Source: Candidatus Latescibacterota bacterium (lineage in GTDB: Bacteria > Latescibacterota > CBDEFO01). Taken from it: a stretch of DNA of 64,000 nt. The translations under genes were made by a program, and so were the position numbers. Where the stretch lies: the NCBI GenBank assembly GCA_965237525.1, contig CBDEFO010000001.1, positions 1 through 64,000 on the forward strand, in the 5' to 3' direction. Under the pieces are notes generated by a model. It had not been told where the DNA came from, ran no database searches, and saw only the letters and a program-made list of their open reading frames with translations. Below are positions 1 through 9,563 of the stretch, piece after piece; positions within the stretch are counted from its first letter, which is position 1, and every line of letters starts with the position of its first letter.

Positions 1-229
1 ATATACTGAGTCAGTAGACACGTGAGATGGCACCACTTTGCTTTAAATGATATTGCATGGGCATGTGGCACTGCGGGGGGCCCTCGCCCGAAGCAATCTC
101 CTTTAGATCGCTTCTTCCTCTAAAGTATCTACTATTTTGGAACCTATAGTCTTGTCCAGACTATTCTAATCTGATACTTGACCTCGTATCCGGTTCATCG
201 TAATTAAGACAAAGGTGGAGAATGCTATT

Positions 230-559
230 ATGGAGAAATCGAGACTTGAGATACTTCAGGAGTTTGTGGAGAACGATCCGCACGATTCGTTTTCGCGCTA
301 CGCCCTTGGTCAGGAATATATGAATCTGGACAGGATAGATAAAGCCATTGAGACCTTTGAGAGATTAGCCGAGACCGATCCCGATTACGTGGCGGTGTAC
401 TATCATCTGGGAGGGGTACTTGAGCATGCGGGCAGAAAAGACGAGGCTAAAGAGATCTACCAAAAAGGGATTGCGGTATCTGATAAGGGAGGGGATATGC
501 ATGCCAAAGGGGAACTGATGGAAGCCCTGGACATGCTCGAGGGGGAATTTTCCTCTTGA
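230..559 (+). CDS. Tetratricopeptide repeat (TPR) protein
   Basis: TPR-like helices (FSRYALGQEY..., YVAVYYHLGGVLE...). Start may be GTG 215 or ATG 230. Confidence 0.8.
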   Translation: MEKSRLEILQEFVENDPHDSFSRYALGQEYMNLDRIDKAIETFERLAETDPDYVAVYYHLGGVLEHAGRKDEAKEIYQKGIAVSDKGGDMHAKGELMEALDMLEGEFSS

Positions 560-563
560 TCGC

Positions 564-1334
564 TCACATTCCCATTATGTGATAGCCGCAATCTACATAG
601 ATAACCTCTCCAGTTATTCCCCTGGAAAGATGACTGCCGAGGAAAAGAGCTGTATCCGCCACCTCCGCGTGTTCAGTGTAGCGGCCGAGGGGAGCACGTT
701 CTTTGAACTTGGACCGCATATCGCTAAATCCCGCTATGCCCCTTGCAGCAAGGGTGCTCAAAGGTCCGGCGGAGACGCCGTTGACTCTTATATTCTTGCC
801 TCCAAGGTCGTAGGCAAGATAGCGAATGCTGCTTTCCAAAGCGGCTTTAGCGACGCCCATTACGTTGTAGTGCGGAACTACTTTCTCTCCGCCCAGATAG
901 GTAAGAGCCATAATGCTTCCCCCCCTCTCTTCCATAAGGGGAGCGGCGCGCTGGGCCAGGGCGACAAGAGAGTAAGAGCTTATCTCCTGCGCGATTAAGT
1001 AGCCATCTCTGGATGTGTCCAGATAGGCTCCGTCAAGTTCCTCTCTCTTTGCGAAGGCTATACAGTGAGCGAGGAAATCTATGGTCCCGAAACGATCCAA
1101 AAGGATGCTGAATACCTGGTCAATCTGCCCTTCATCCGTAACGTCGCAGGGCCCCACAACTGTGCTCCTTTCGAGGGTTCCAGCAAGTTCCCTTACGTTC
1201 TTTTCCAACCGCTCGTTCTGATATGCCAGGGCGACATGTGCACCTTCTCTGTGGAGCGCCTGAGCGATCGCCCAGGCTATACTGTGTCTGTTCGCCACGT
1301 TGAGTATAATTCCACTTTTGCCTTCCATTAACAT
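564..1334 (-). CDS. fabI: Enoyl-ACP reductase (NADH) FabI
   Basis: NVANRHSIAWAIA, catalytic YNVMGVAKAALE, TLAARGI and GITGEVIYVDCG motifs of FabI. Confidence 0.95.
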   Translation of the reverse strand: MLMEGKSGIILNVANRHSIAWAIAQALHREGAHVALAYQNERLEKNVRELAGTLERSTVVGPCDVTDEGQIDQVFSILLDRFGTIDFLAHCIAFAKREELDGAYLDTSRDGYLIAQEISSYSLVALAQRAAPLMEERGGSIMALTYLGGEKVVPHYNVMGVAKAALESSIRYLAYDLGGKNIRVNGVSAGPLSTLAARGIAGFSDMRSKFKERAPLGRYTEHAEVADTALFLGSHLSRGITGEVIYVDCGYHIMGM

Positions 1335-1350
1335 CTATTCTCTCCTCTTT

Positions 1351-1400
1351 AAGTGGTCACAGAGCAGGTGGTCATACACCAAGTGGTCATACACCAAGTG
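1351..1400. repeat. 15-bp tandem repeat (AAGTGGTCATACACC, ~3.3 units) just upstream of fabI
   Basis: aagtggtcacagagc / aggtggtcatacacc / aagtggtcatacacc / aagtg read directly. Confidence 0.8.
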
Positions 1401-1546
1401 CACAACGCACCACTTTTTCTGGTACATCTGATATTTTCAAATACCGATCTCCTGACATGGGGAATAGGTTCTCCGGCCTTTCGTACGTACTAAAATACAA
1501 ACAATGCCAAAAAATGTAAAGCTAAATCTCAAGACAGGGGGAAAAG

Positions 1547-2281
1547 TTGAAAGAAGCTTTAACGATGTGGCGGTATACCAGAATGGTAGTGCTGGTGGGA
1601 CTTACTGCGGCGATATACGCCGCTCTTTTAATCCCGTTCAAGCCGATACCTATCATACCAGGGTTTACAGAGATAAGACCGGCAAATGTGTTTCCCGTAG
1701 TATGTTCCTTGATGTTCGGGCCTGCGGCCGCCTGGGGAGCAGCCTTCGGAAATCTTATTGGCGATTTCTTCGGGACTCTGGGCCCGGGCAGCATCTTCGG
1801 ATTTGTAGGGAATTTCCTCTACGGTTATATTCCGTACCGAGTATGGAAGGCGATTTCCAACGATGGACCATCCATCAGATCTTTCGGGTCTACGATAAAG
1901 TATCTGGCTGCGGCCTTAATCGCAAGTACGGCGTGCGGCGTTAGCATTGCATGGGGCGTACACATATTGGGACTGGTTCCGTTTGCTGTGTTGTGCAATA
2001 TAATTCTTATAAATAATTTCCTCGTATCTGCAGTTTTAGGCCCCGCGCTTTTGCGGGTATTATACAGTAGAGTAAAAAAGTTGGGTCTGATATACACAGA
2101 AATAATGTCTGAAGATGATCTGCACAAAGGTAGGTCTGAGCATATAGGACAAGCGCTGCTCTGGATAGGCTCGCTTGGAGGGCTGATCCTGGGCAACATC
2201 ACAGCGGGGAATCCGGAGGCGGTCAGCACAGGCGTGGGAGCATCTGTGGTTCTGCTAATAGTCGGAACCCTTTTGATCTGA
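1547..2281 (+). CDS. ECF transporter S component, QueT-like family
   Basis: Multi-TM protein with IPGFTEIRPAN...FGPAAAWGAAFGNLIGD; followed by ECF ATPase and T genes. Confidence 0.8.
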   Translation: MKEALTMWRYTRMVVLVGLTAAIYAALLIPFKPIPIIPGFTEIRPANVFPVVCSLMFGPAAAWGAAFGNLIGDFFGTLGPGSIFGFVGNFLYGYIPYRVWKAISNDGPSIRSFGSTIKYLAAALIASTACGVSIAWGVHILGLVPFAVLCNIILINNFLVSAVLGPALLRVLYSRVKKLGLIYTEIMSEDDLHKGRSEHIGQALLWIGSLGGLILGNITAGNPEAVSTGVGASVVLLIVGTLLI

Positions 2282-2361
2282 CAGGGGAAACAAGTAGACA
2301 GTAGCCCCCGATAGATTCAGTCAGGGGTGGCGAAGCAATCCCCGTCTTCGGTGCAGAAACT

Positions 2362-4086
2362 ATGGGAAACAGTGTCGCCGATACTAAGTTCGCTATTGAA
2401 ACCAGGGGCCTCACGTTTACATATCGGGGGCAGGAGGACAGGGCACTCAAGGGCGTAGATTTTCAACAAACCAAAGGCGAGTTTGTGGCGATCATGGGCT
2501 CAACAGGAGCGGGAAAATCCACGTTCTGTCGTTGTTTAAATGGACTCATACCACAGCTTGTGAAAGGAACTTTTGAAGGGGATGTGATGGTGCTAAATGA
2601 GAACATAAGGGGCAAGAGGACTTTCCATCTGACTCCGTTGATCGGTATTGTGTTTCAGGACTTCGAGGCTCAGCTCTTCTGCACGAATGTAGAGCTGGAG
2701 GCGGCCTTTGGCCTGGAAAACAAGAATATCACAAGAGATAAAATGATAGAGAAGGTTAAGACAGTCCTCCATCTTGTTGGTCTTCAAGGCCTTGAGGGAA
2801 AAGATCCTTCAACTCTTTCGGGAGGACAAAAGCAGAGATTGGCTATCGCTTCTGTACTGGCGATGGAGCCGGAAATTGTTGTCATGGACGAACCGACGAC
2901 CGATCTTGATCCTGTGGGGAAAAAAGAGATATTGGGACTATGGGAAGAGTTGAAAGGCAAGACAGGGGCAATGTTAGTGGTGGAGCACGAAACGGAGAAA
3001 CTCTTAGGTGCCGATAGAGTGGTCATTATGAAAGGTGGACGAATCGTTGCCGAAGGACAAACGTCTATCATGTTGGGAAACAATGACTTGCTGGATGAGT
3101 GCGGCATCCGCCCTCTTCAGACAGCGGTCATTGGAAGAGATTTGAAGATAGACGATATTCCATTAGAGGCTGAGAAAGCAGGAGAGTTTATAAGATCAAA
3201 AGGATGGTCATTAGACTATGAGAAGGAGAAACTTATACAGGACTCGGATAAGAAGAAACGGGATAGGTACGGAGAAATTGTGATTGAAGTAGACAGGTTA
3301 AGCCATGTTTATGAGAATGATATCAGGTCATTAGATGGCGCTTCTTTAAGTATAAGGCGAGGAGAGATGGTAGCTTTAGTGGGACCCAACGGATGCGGGA
3401 AGACGACTCTTGCCAAGCATCTTAACGGACTGTTGAAAGGGACAGAGGGATCTGTAAAGATATTCGGAGTAGATGCTAAAAAGTGCAAGGTATCCCATCT
3501 GGCAAGGAATGTCGGATACGTGTTCCAAAACCCTGATCACCAGATATTTGCAAGTACGGTGAGTGAAGAGGTGTCCTTCGGACCCAGAAACTTCGGATTT
3601 CCAGTGGAGGAGATCTCACTTAGAGTAAATGAGGCATTAGAGGCCACGGGGCTGTCAGGCTACCAGGACAAGGATCCCTTCTCACTGACAAAGGGCGAAA
3701 GACAGAGGGTAGCTATAGCCTCTGTCCTGTCTGCTGGACCGGAGATTATAGTTATGGATGAACCGACTACTGGATTGGACTATTGGGGTCAACGATCTGT
3801 GCTGGAACTTGCAAAGAACTTAAACGAACAGGGACATACCATAATTATTATCACTCATACTATGTGGATAGTGGCAGAATATACCAGAAGGTGCGTGGTT
3901 ATGAAGGATGGGAGGATCATATTAGACGGCAGTACAAGAGACGTGCTCGGGAATGAGGAAGTGATGGCCTCTGCGCAACTTGAGCCGCCGGAGGTTGTGA
4001 GACTGAGTAAGAGTTTAGGTGGTGCTACCACTTCTAGTAGAGTAATTCTTTCATTGAATGAACTGATGTTCTGTCTCAGGAGGTAA
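2362..4086 (+). CDS. ECF transporter ATPase (fused EcfA/A')
   Basis: Two ABC cassettes: GSTGAGKST/LSGGQKQR/MDEPT and GPNGCGKTT/FQNPDHQIF/MDEPT. Confidence 0.92.
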   Translation: MGNSVADTKFAIETRGLTFTYRGQEDRALKGVDFQQTKGEFVAIMGSTGAGKSTFCRCLNGLIPQLVKGTFEGDVMVLNENIRGKRTFHLTPLIGIVFQDFEAQLFCTNVELEAAFGLENKNITRDKMIEKVKTVLHLVGLQGLEGKDPSTLSGGQKQRLAIASVLAMEPEIVVMDEPTTDLDPVGKKEILGLWEELKGKTGAMLVVEHETEKLLGADRVVIMKGGRIVAEGQTSIMLGNNDLLDECGIRPLQTAVIGRDLKIDDIPLEAEKAGEFIRSKGWSLDYEKEKLIQDSDKKKRDRYGEIVIEVDRLSHVYENDIRSLDGASLSIRRGEMVALVGPNGCGKTTLAKHLNGLLKGTEGSVKIFGVDAKKCKVSHLARNVGYVFQNPDHQIFASTVSEEVSFGPRNFGFPVEEISLRVNEALEATGLSGYQDKDPFSLTKGERQRVAIASVLSAGPEIIVMDEPTTGLDYWGQRSVLELAKNLNEQGHTIIIITHTMWIVAEYTRRCVVMKDGRIILDGSTRDVLGNEEVMASAQLEPPEVVRLSKSLGGATTSSRVILSLNELMFCLRR

Positions 4087-4089
4087 CCT

Positions 4090-4851
4090 TTGTATCTTTA
4101 TGTGAGAGAGAATACTATTCTGCATAACCTAAACCCGATTACCAAGATAATCGGACTCATATTACTATTTGCCATTCCGCTATATTTTACCCACCCGCTG
4201 CAGCTTGCGGCCGCGTTGTGCCTAGTGCTTGTTCTGACACTCTGGGCCAGAGCGATCCCGAATCTGCGCAGGATGTGGCTCTTTTTTGTAATGTTAGGAC
4301 TATTCAGCGCTCTCTTGTGGTCCGTCTTTCACAAGGAGGGAGAAGCTATCTTGTCTTGGGGCCCACTGTCGGTTTCGAGGGAGTCGATTCTGTACGGCCT
4401 GGGCATGGCTATGAGGCTGAATACAACCCTGATTTCAGGTTTAGTCTTTCTCTCCTGCACGAGGATCGAGGAGTTTACGATGGGTCTAAACAAAATGGGA
4501 CTCCCCTTTTCGATGAGTTTCGCCCTGTCTTTGTCCTTCAGACTAGTTCCTCTTTTCTTCAGCACAGCCTCGACTATCGCTCAGGCTCAAAAGGCGAGAG
4601 GATTGGATATGGAAAGCGGAGGCATCATACGGAGAATAAGGAAATACATCCCGCTCCTCATCCCTGTATTCATATATGGGATAAGGAACGTGGACCTCTT
4701 GGCTATGGCTGTGGAATCCAAAGGATTTGGGGCAACGAGGGAAAGATCCTATTATCTGGAGTTCAGGATGCAGTTTAAGGATTACGCTGCATTGGGAGTG
4801 CTGGTACTGATGAATCTTCTGTGCATCTACATAGTTCTTAACCGTCAATAG
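4090..4851 (+). CDS. ECF transporter transmembrane T component
   Basis: LHNLNPITK N-terminus, AQKARG and AVESKGF X-R-X-type motifs. Confidence 0.9.
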   Translation: MYLYVRENTILHNLNPITKIIGLILLFAIPLYFTHPLQLAAALCLVLVLTLWARAIPNLRRMWLFFVMLGLFSALLWSVFHKEGEAILSWGPLSVSRESILYGLGMAMRLNTTLISGLVFLSCTRIEEFTMGLNKMGLPFSMSFALSLSFRLVPLFFSTASTIAQAQKARGLDMESGGIIRRIRKYIPLLIPVFIYGIRNVDLLAMAVESKGFGATRERSYYLEFRMQFKDYAALGVLVLMNLLCIYIVLNRQ

Positions 4852-5094
4852 TAACACGCAACTCTTTGTTGAACAATAATTACCAGCTATCTATTGTCCC
4901 TCTGATAGATGTTCTCTCTACAGTGATCCACCTCCCATTTGATCTGCCCATCCTGATGATTTGTACCACTGGTACTTTTTCTGCATCTCTCAAATCAAAA
5001 AATGTTGTAATACCGAGCATCGAGTGTTATATTAAGGGTCGATTTCATATGATATGTACTACCGTCATTTGTTTCATCACAGGAGATAAATGCC

Positions 5095-6609
5095 ATGCCT
5101 TACAAGGCTGCGCCAGAATGCCTGTTAGCGCTGGTCTGCATCAGTTTCTTTTTCGTGCAGGTCAGCCCTGCTCAGGATCTGGCTGGGTTCCAAAAAAAGG
5201 TTACTGAATTTACTCTCGACAACGGTCTTAAGTTTATCGTTGTGGAGCGTCATGAAGCGCCGGTAGCTTCATTTCACACTTATGCCGATGTAGGATCTGT
5301 GGACGAGGTAACGGGCATCACCGGATTGGCACACGTCTTTGAGCACATGGCGTTTAAGGGCACTGCTACGGTGGGCACCAAGGATCTTGAGAAAGAGTTA
5401 GAAGCTATCCAAAGAGTAGACGACGTCTTCAGTCGGTTTCGCAGTGAGCGGAATAAGGGCGTACTTGCCGATACTGTGCTGATCGAACAATTAGAAGAGG
5501 AATTTGACGCTGCCAGTAAGGCCGCGCAGGAGTGGGCGGAAAGCAGCGAGATGGACCGAGCTAACGAGTATGCCGGCGGTGTCGGCATCAACGCCAGCAC
5601 CGGTTCGGATGCAACGTACTACTATTCCAGTTTACCTTCCAACAAGATAGAGCTGTGGTTTTCGCTCGAATCTGACCGCTTCCTGAATCCCGTACTGCGT
5701 GAATTCTACATTGAAAAAGACGTGGTGATGGAGGAGAGACGGCTCCGCGTTGAAAGTAGTCCCTCCGGCCGTCTGTTTGAGGAGTTTCGCGCCGCCGCCT
5801 TCAAGGCCCATCCATACGGAGAACCTGGGATCGGTCACATGTCCGACCTGAAGACTATGACCCGTGATGAGGCACGAGTCTTCTTCAAGAAATATTACGG
5901 CGCAAATAATCTCACCATCGCCATTGTCGGCGACGTTGATCCCCGGACGGTGAAACGACTGGCAGACATATACTTCGGACGCTTGCCTTCCGCTTCCAAA
6001 CCCGATCCGGTGGAGACCGTAGAGCCGGAGCAATTGGGCGAACGCCGCATTTTCCTCGAAGACAAAGCCCAACCGATTCTCCTTCTCGGCTATCACAAGG
6101 GCAGCATTCACCAGCCGGATGACGCGATCTTTGCGGTTATTCTGGATATTATTGGCCGCGGCCGAACCAGCAGACTCTACAAGAATCTGGTCAAGGAGAA
6201 ACAGATCGCCGTCAGCGCTTCGGGCTTTTCCGATTATCCGGGCGCGAAATATCCGAACCTGATAGTCTTTTACGCCGTTCCGAGCCAGAGGCACACCGCA
6301 GAAGAATGCGAGGCAGTGATCTACGACGAGATTGAACGATTAAAGGACGAGCCGGTTTCCGCCGAAGAATTGGAGAAAGCTAAAATACGCGCCCGCGCCG
6401 ACCTCATTCGCCAGCTCAATTCAAATTCCGGAATTGCCGGCCAACTGGCGTTCTATCAAGCACTGACCGGAAACTGGCGCAATCTGTTCCACAGATTGGA
6501 TCGAATCAACGCTGTAACAGCACAGGATATCCAGCGCGTGGCCAAGCAATATCTGATCTCCAGGCACCGCACCGTTGCGGTGATCACAACAGTAGACAGC
6601 AGCAAGTAG
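5095..6609 (+). CDS. M16 family (pitrilysin-like) zinc peptidase, catalytic subunit, secreted
   Basis: TGLAHVFEHMAFKGT (HXXEH), VVMEERR, HPYG; N-terminal signal peptide. Confidence 0.92.
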   Translation: MPYKAAPECLLALVCISFFFVQVSPAQDLAGFQKKVTEFTLDNGLKFIVVERHEAPVASFHTYADVGSVDEVTGITGLAHVFEHMAFKGTATVGTKDLEKELEAIQRVDDVFSRFRSERNKGVLADTVLIEQLEEEFDAASKAAQEWAESSEMDRANEYAGGVGINASTGSDATYYYSSLPSNKIELWFSLESDRFLNPVLREFYIEKDVVMEERRLRVESSPSGRLFEEFRAAAFKAHPYGEPGIGHMSDLKTMTRDEARVFFKKYYGANNLTIAIVGDVDPRTVKRLADIYFGRLPSASKPDPVETVEPEQLGERRIFLEDKAQPILLLGYHKGSIHQPDDAIFAVILDIIGRGRTSRLYKNLVKEKQIAVSASGFSDYPGAKYPNLIVFYAVPSQRHTAEECEAVIYDEIERLKDEPVSAEELEKAKIRARADLIRQLNSNSGIAGQLAFYQALTGNWRNLFHRLDRINAVTAQDIQRVAKQYLISRHRTVAVITTVDSSK

Positions 6610-6631
6610 GGGCGAACCCATGTGCTCGCCC
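6606..6631 (+). repeat. GTAG-type REP-like palindrome overlapping the stop codon
   Basis: GTAGGGGCGAACCCATGTGCTCGCCC. Relatives at 13213, 16398, 29351 (reverse), 29895, 32969, 43524, 47252. Confidence 0.7.
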
Positions 6632-6696
6632 GATCTCTGGACATTTTCAGGGAAGGCACCAGATCCGCCTCTGCACATGAATGAGAGGATAAATCT

Positions 6697-8142
6697 ATGG
6701 GATTTCATGTACGCTCCATAGGTCTAACGCTGCTTTTGGTGCTCACCGTGTTTGTGAGTCATTGTGCCTTAGCCCAGAAGCACTATACAGAGCTTACATA
6801 CCCGCCGCTTAACAAAATTAAGGTGCCCTTTATCGAGCGGATTCAGCTTGAAAACGGCATGATCATATATCTGGTGGAAGATCACGAACTTCCGCTCATC
6901 AATCTTTCAGCTCGCATCGGCGTCGGCTCAATTGATGAACCTGCCGATAAGATTGGACTTGCGGACATCACCGGCGCTGTTATGCGCACGGGCGGCACCA
7001 AGACAAAGAGCGGCGACCAGATAGACGAAGAGCTGGAGAACATCGCCGCTTCGGTAGAAACCGGCATCGGCTTAACTACAGGCTTTGCCTCCATGTCGGT
7101 GCTCAAAGAGAACCTGGACACTGGCCTCTTAATTCTTTCCGACATATTAATGAATCCGGCTTTTCCAGAGGAGAAGATTGAACTGCAGAGAGTTCAGGAG
7201 CGATCCAGAATCGCGCGGCGCAACGACAACGTGCACAGCATCGCCTTTCGCCAGTTCAGAAAGCTCATCTACAGTCCGCAAAGCGTCTACGCACGACATA
7301 CGGAATACACCACTGTTGACGCCATCACCCGCGACGATTTAGTCGCTTTTCACAAAAAGTTTTTTCATCCGAACAACGTGATGCTCGGTGTCTGGGGCGA
7401 TTTTAAGAAGAAGGAGATGATCAAGAGAATAAAAGCCGTTTTTAAAGACTGGAAAAAAGGGGAATTCGAGAGGCCGCAGACACCTCCGGTGACGTACAAC
7501 TTCGATTATTCGGTCAACTTCATCCGCAAAGAGGATGTAAACCAGAGCACTATTCTGCTCGGCCACATCGGCGGGCTGATGAACAATCCCGACTACTTTG
7601 CCCTGCAGGTAATGAACGATATCTTGAGCGGTGGCGCCTCCAGCCGACTCTTCCGACACGTGCGTTCGGACCAAGGACTGGCCTACGCCGTCTTCGGCCG
7701 TTACGGTGCTAACTTCAACTACCCCGGTCAGTTCTACACAGGCTGTATGACCAAATCCGAGACCACAGTCAAAGCAGTGCACGCACTACTTCACGAAATC
7801 GAGACAATCAAAAAGGAAGAAGTTACCGATGAGGAATTGGAGCTGGCCAAGGAGGGATACCTGAATTCGTTTGTGTTCAACTTCGATACCCGATCTGAAG
7901 TGGTCGGCCGCCTGATGACTTACGAATATTACGGCTATCCGAAGGACTTTCTCGAAAAGACCAAAGAGAATATCGAGAAGGTGACTAAAGCCGATGTGCT
8001 GCGCGTCGCGGGGAAATATCTGCAGCCGGACCAAGTGCGCATTTTAGTGATCGGCAACGAGGAAGATTTTCGACAGCCGCTCTCTTCCCTCGGGAACGTG
8101 GACGAGATCGACATCAGGATTCCTGTGAGTAAGGATCCATAA
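6697..8142 (+). CDS. M16 family peptidase, non-catalytic partner subunit
   Basis: M16 fold without HXXEH; SSRLFRHVRSDQGLAY R/Y motif; signal peptide; tandem with the catalytic subunit. Confidence 0.88.
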   Translation: MGFHVRSIGLTLLLVLTVFVSHCALAQKHYTELTYPPLNKIKVPFIERIQLENGMIIYLVEDHELPLINLSARIGVGSIDEPADKIGLADITGAVMRTGGTKTKSGDQIDEELENIAASVETGIGLTTGFASMSVLKENLDTGLLILSDILMNPAFPEEKIELQRVQERSRIARRNDNVHSIAFRQFRKLIYSPQSVYARHTEYTTVDAITRDDLVAFHKKFFHPNNVMLGVWGDFKKKEMIKRIKAVFKDWKKGEFERPQTPPVTYNFDYSVNFIRKEDVNQSTILLGHIGGLMNNPDYFALQVMNDILSGGASSRLFRHVRSDQGLAYAVFGRYGANFNYPGQFYTGCMTKSETTVKAVHALLHEIETIKKEEVTDEELELAKEGYLNSFVFNFDTRSEVVGRLMTYEYYGYPKDFLEKTKENIEKVTKADVLRVAGKYLQPDQVRILVIGNEEDFRQPLSSLGNVDEIDIRIPVSKDP

Positions 8143-8366
8143 GCCCTTTGAAGCACTTTTCAAAGTTTCCAACGTTTTGATCCCGTAGCAGGGGGACTCC
8201 ATGCAGATATCTATTTCTCCATCGTCAAGCAATCGACGTTCCAGTGCGTGCGTGCCGGCGGAGACTTTGACGAAGTCGGCACAACAGTAGAAAAAAGCAA
8301 CAAGAATACGGATATGGGAGGTGATGTCCCTGTCTACTGTCTACTTGAAAACGAGGAGAGCTTGTA

Positions 8367-9470
8367 GTGAAAACCTATCGTGCAGTCGTCATCGGCTGCG
8401 GTCGAATGGGCGGATTCATCGACAACGAGCGGATCCGTGCGCCGGCAGATGTACCGCCCTTCTCTCACGGGGCGGGTTTTTACGCCTGCTGCCGGACAGA
8501 TTTGGTGGCATGCTCGGACTTACGCGTTGAGGTAATGGAAAAGTTCGGCGAACGCTACAATGTTCCGAAAGAACGGCAATACACCGACTACCGCCAGTTG
8601 ATAGAGGTGGAAGAGCCTGACATCGTCAGCGTTGCCACTCAGCCGGAGCAGCGAGCGGAGATCGTCATTTACGCCGCCGAGCACCGTGCAAAGGCCATCT
8701 ACGCCGAGAAGGCGATGGCTGCCTCGCTGCAGGAGGCCGACGCCATGGTGGAGGCTGTCGAACGAAACGGGGTTGTCTTTAACCTGGGCACGAATCGCCG
8801 CTGGAATACGGGCTTCGATAAGATGAAAGAGGTCATTGACAGCGGCGAACTGGGAGCTCTCAAGACGCTCATCATATACGACAATTGTTTACTCTTCAAC
8901 ATGTCCAGCCACCACTTCGACCTCATCCTGCGTCTGAACGACGACAGTCCCGTTGCGTGGGTGCAGGCGCACTTGCCGGGGGCCGAAGAATCATCCACGA
9001 TTGAATCTATCGGGGACGGTGATTCCCTGCGCGAAGACCCGAGAGGGCATGGCATCATCCAGTTTGAGAACGGTGTCACGGCGTATGCCCTTCTAACTCC
9101 GCGCGGAAACGAGTATGAAGCGATCTGTGAACGGGGCGCAATGACTGCCTTCAACAACGGACTCGAATGGCAACTGCGCCGCCGCGTCCAGATAGATCCG
9201 CAAGGCAGGACGGCATTTGTAATCGACGACTTCCCTGACTTTGATCGCGCCAGTTCAGCACTTCGACTTATTGAAGACCTCGTCCACGCACTGGATACAG
9301 GCCAACGAGCACGGGGAGGCGTACGTTCTGCCCGTGCCAGCACGGAACTTATCTTCGCCTTTATAGAGTCACACCGGCGCGGCGGAGCGCTGGTGCACTT
9401 ACCGCTGAAGGACTGCAAACTGAAGCTTAAGCGCGACCGTTCTCCGCGCCAGCCGAAGTTTACGCCGTGA
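8367..9470 (+). CDS. Gfo/Idh/MocA family oxidoreductase (carries an in-frame 21-bp palindrome at 8995-9015)
   Basis: VIGCGRMG Rossmann motif, DIVSVAT, AEKAMA (EKP-like). Confidence 0.88.
   Translation: MKTYRAVVIGCGRMGGFIDNERIRAPADVPPFSHGAGFYACCRTDLVACSDLRVEVMEKFGERYNVPKERQYTDYRQLIEVEEPDIVSVATQPEQRAEIVIYAAEHRAKAIYAEKAMAASLQEADAMVEAVERNGVVFNLGTNRRWNTGFDKMKEVIDSGELGALKTLIIYDNCLLFNMSSHHFDLILRLNDDSPVAWVQAHLPGAEESSTIESIGDGDSLREDPRGHGIIQFENGVTAYALLTPRGNEYEAICERGAMTAFNNGLEWQLRRRVQIDPQGRTAFVIDDFPDFDRASSALRLIEDLVHALDTGQRARGGVRSARASTELIFAFIESHRRGGALVHLPLKDCKLKLKRDRSPRQPKFTP
8995..9015 (+). repeat. 21-bp palindromic element, intragenic copy
   Basis: CCACGATTGAATCTATCGGGG, one mismatch to the consensus. 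Confidence 0.8.
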
Positions 9471-9563
9471 GAAACAACAATAACAGCAGAAAGCAAGAGA
9501 AGGGGATGCTGCTTCTACTTGTCTAAAAGGAGCAACCGACAATTCTAAAAGGAGTAACCGACA

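Noticed and set aside
1440..1546. preQ1 riboswitch upstream of the QueT-like gene
   Set aside because: Only a loose AGGTTC...A-rich resemblance; no convincing P1 stem or pseudoknot tail.
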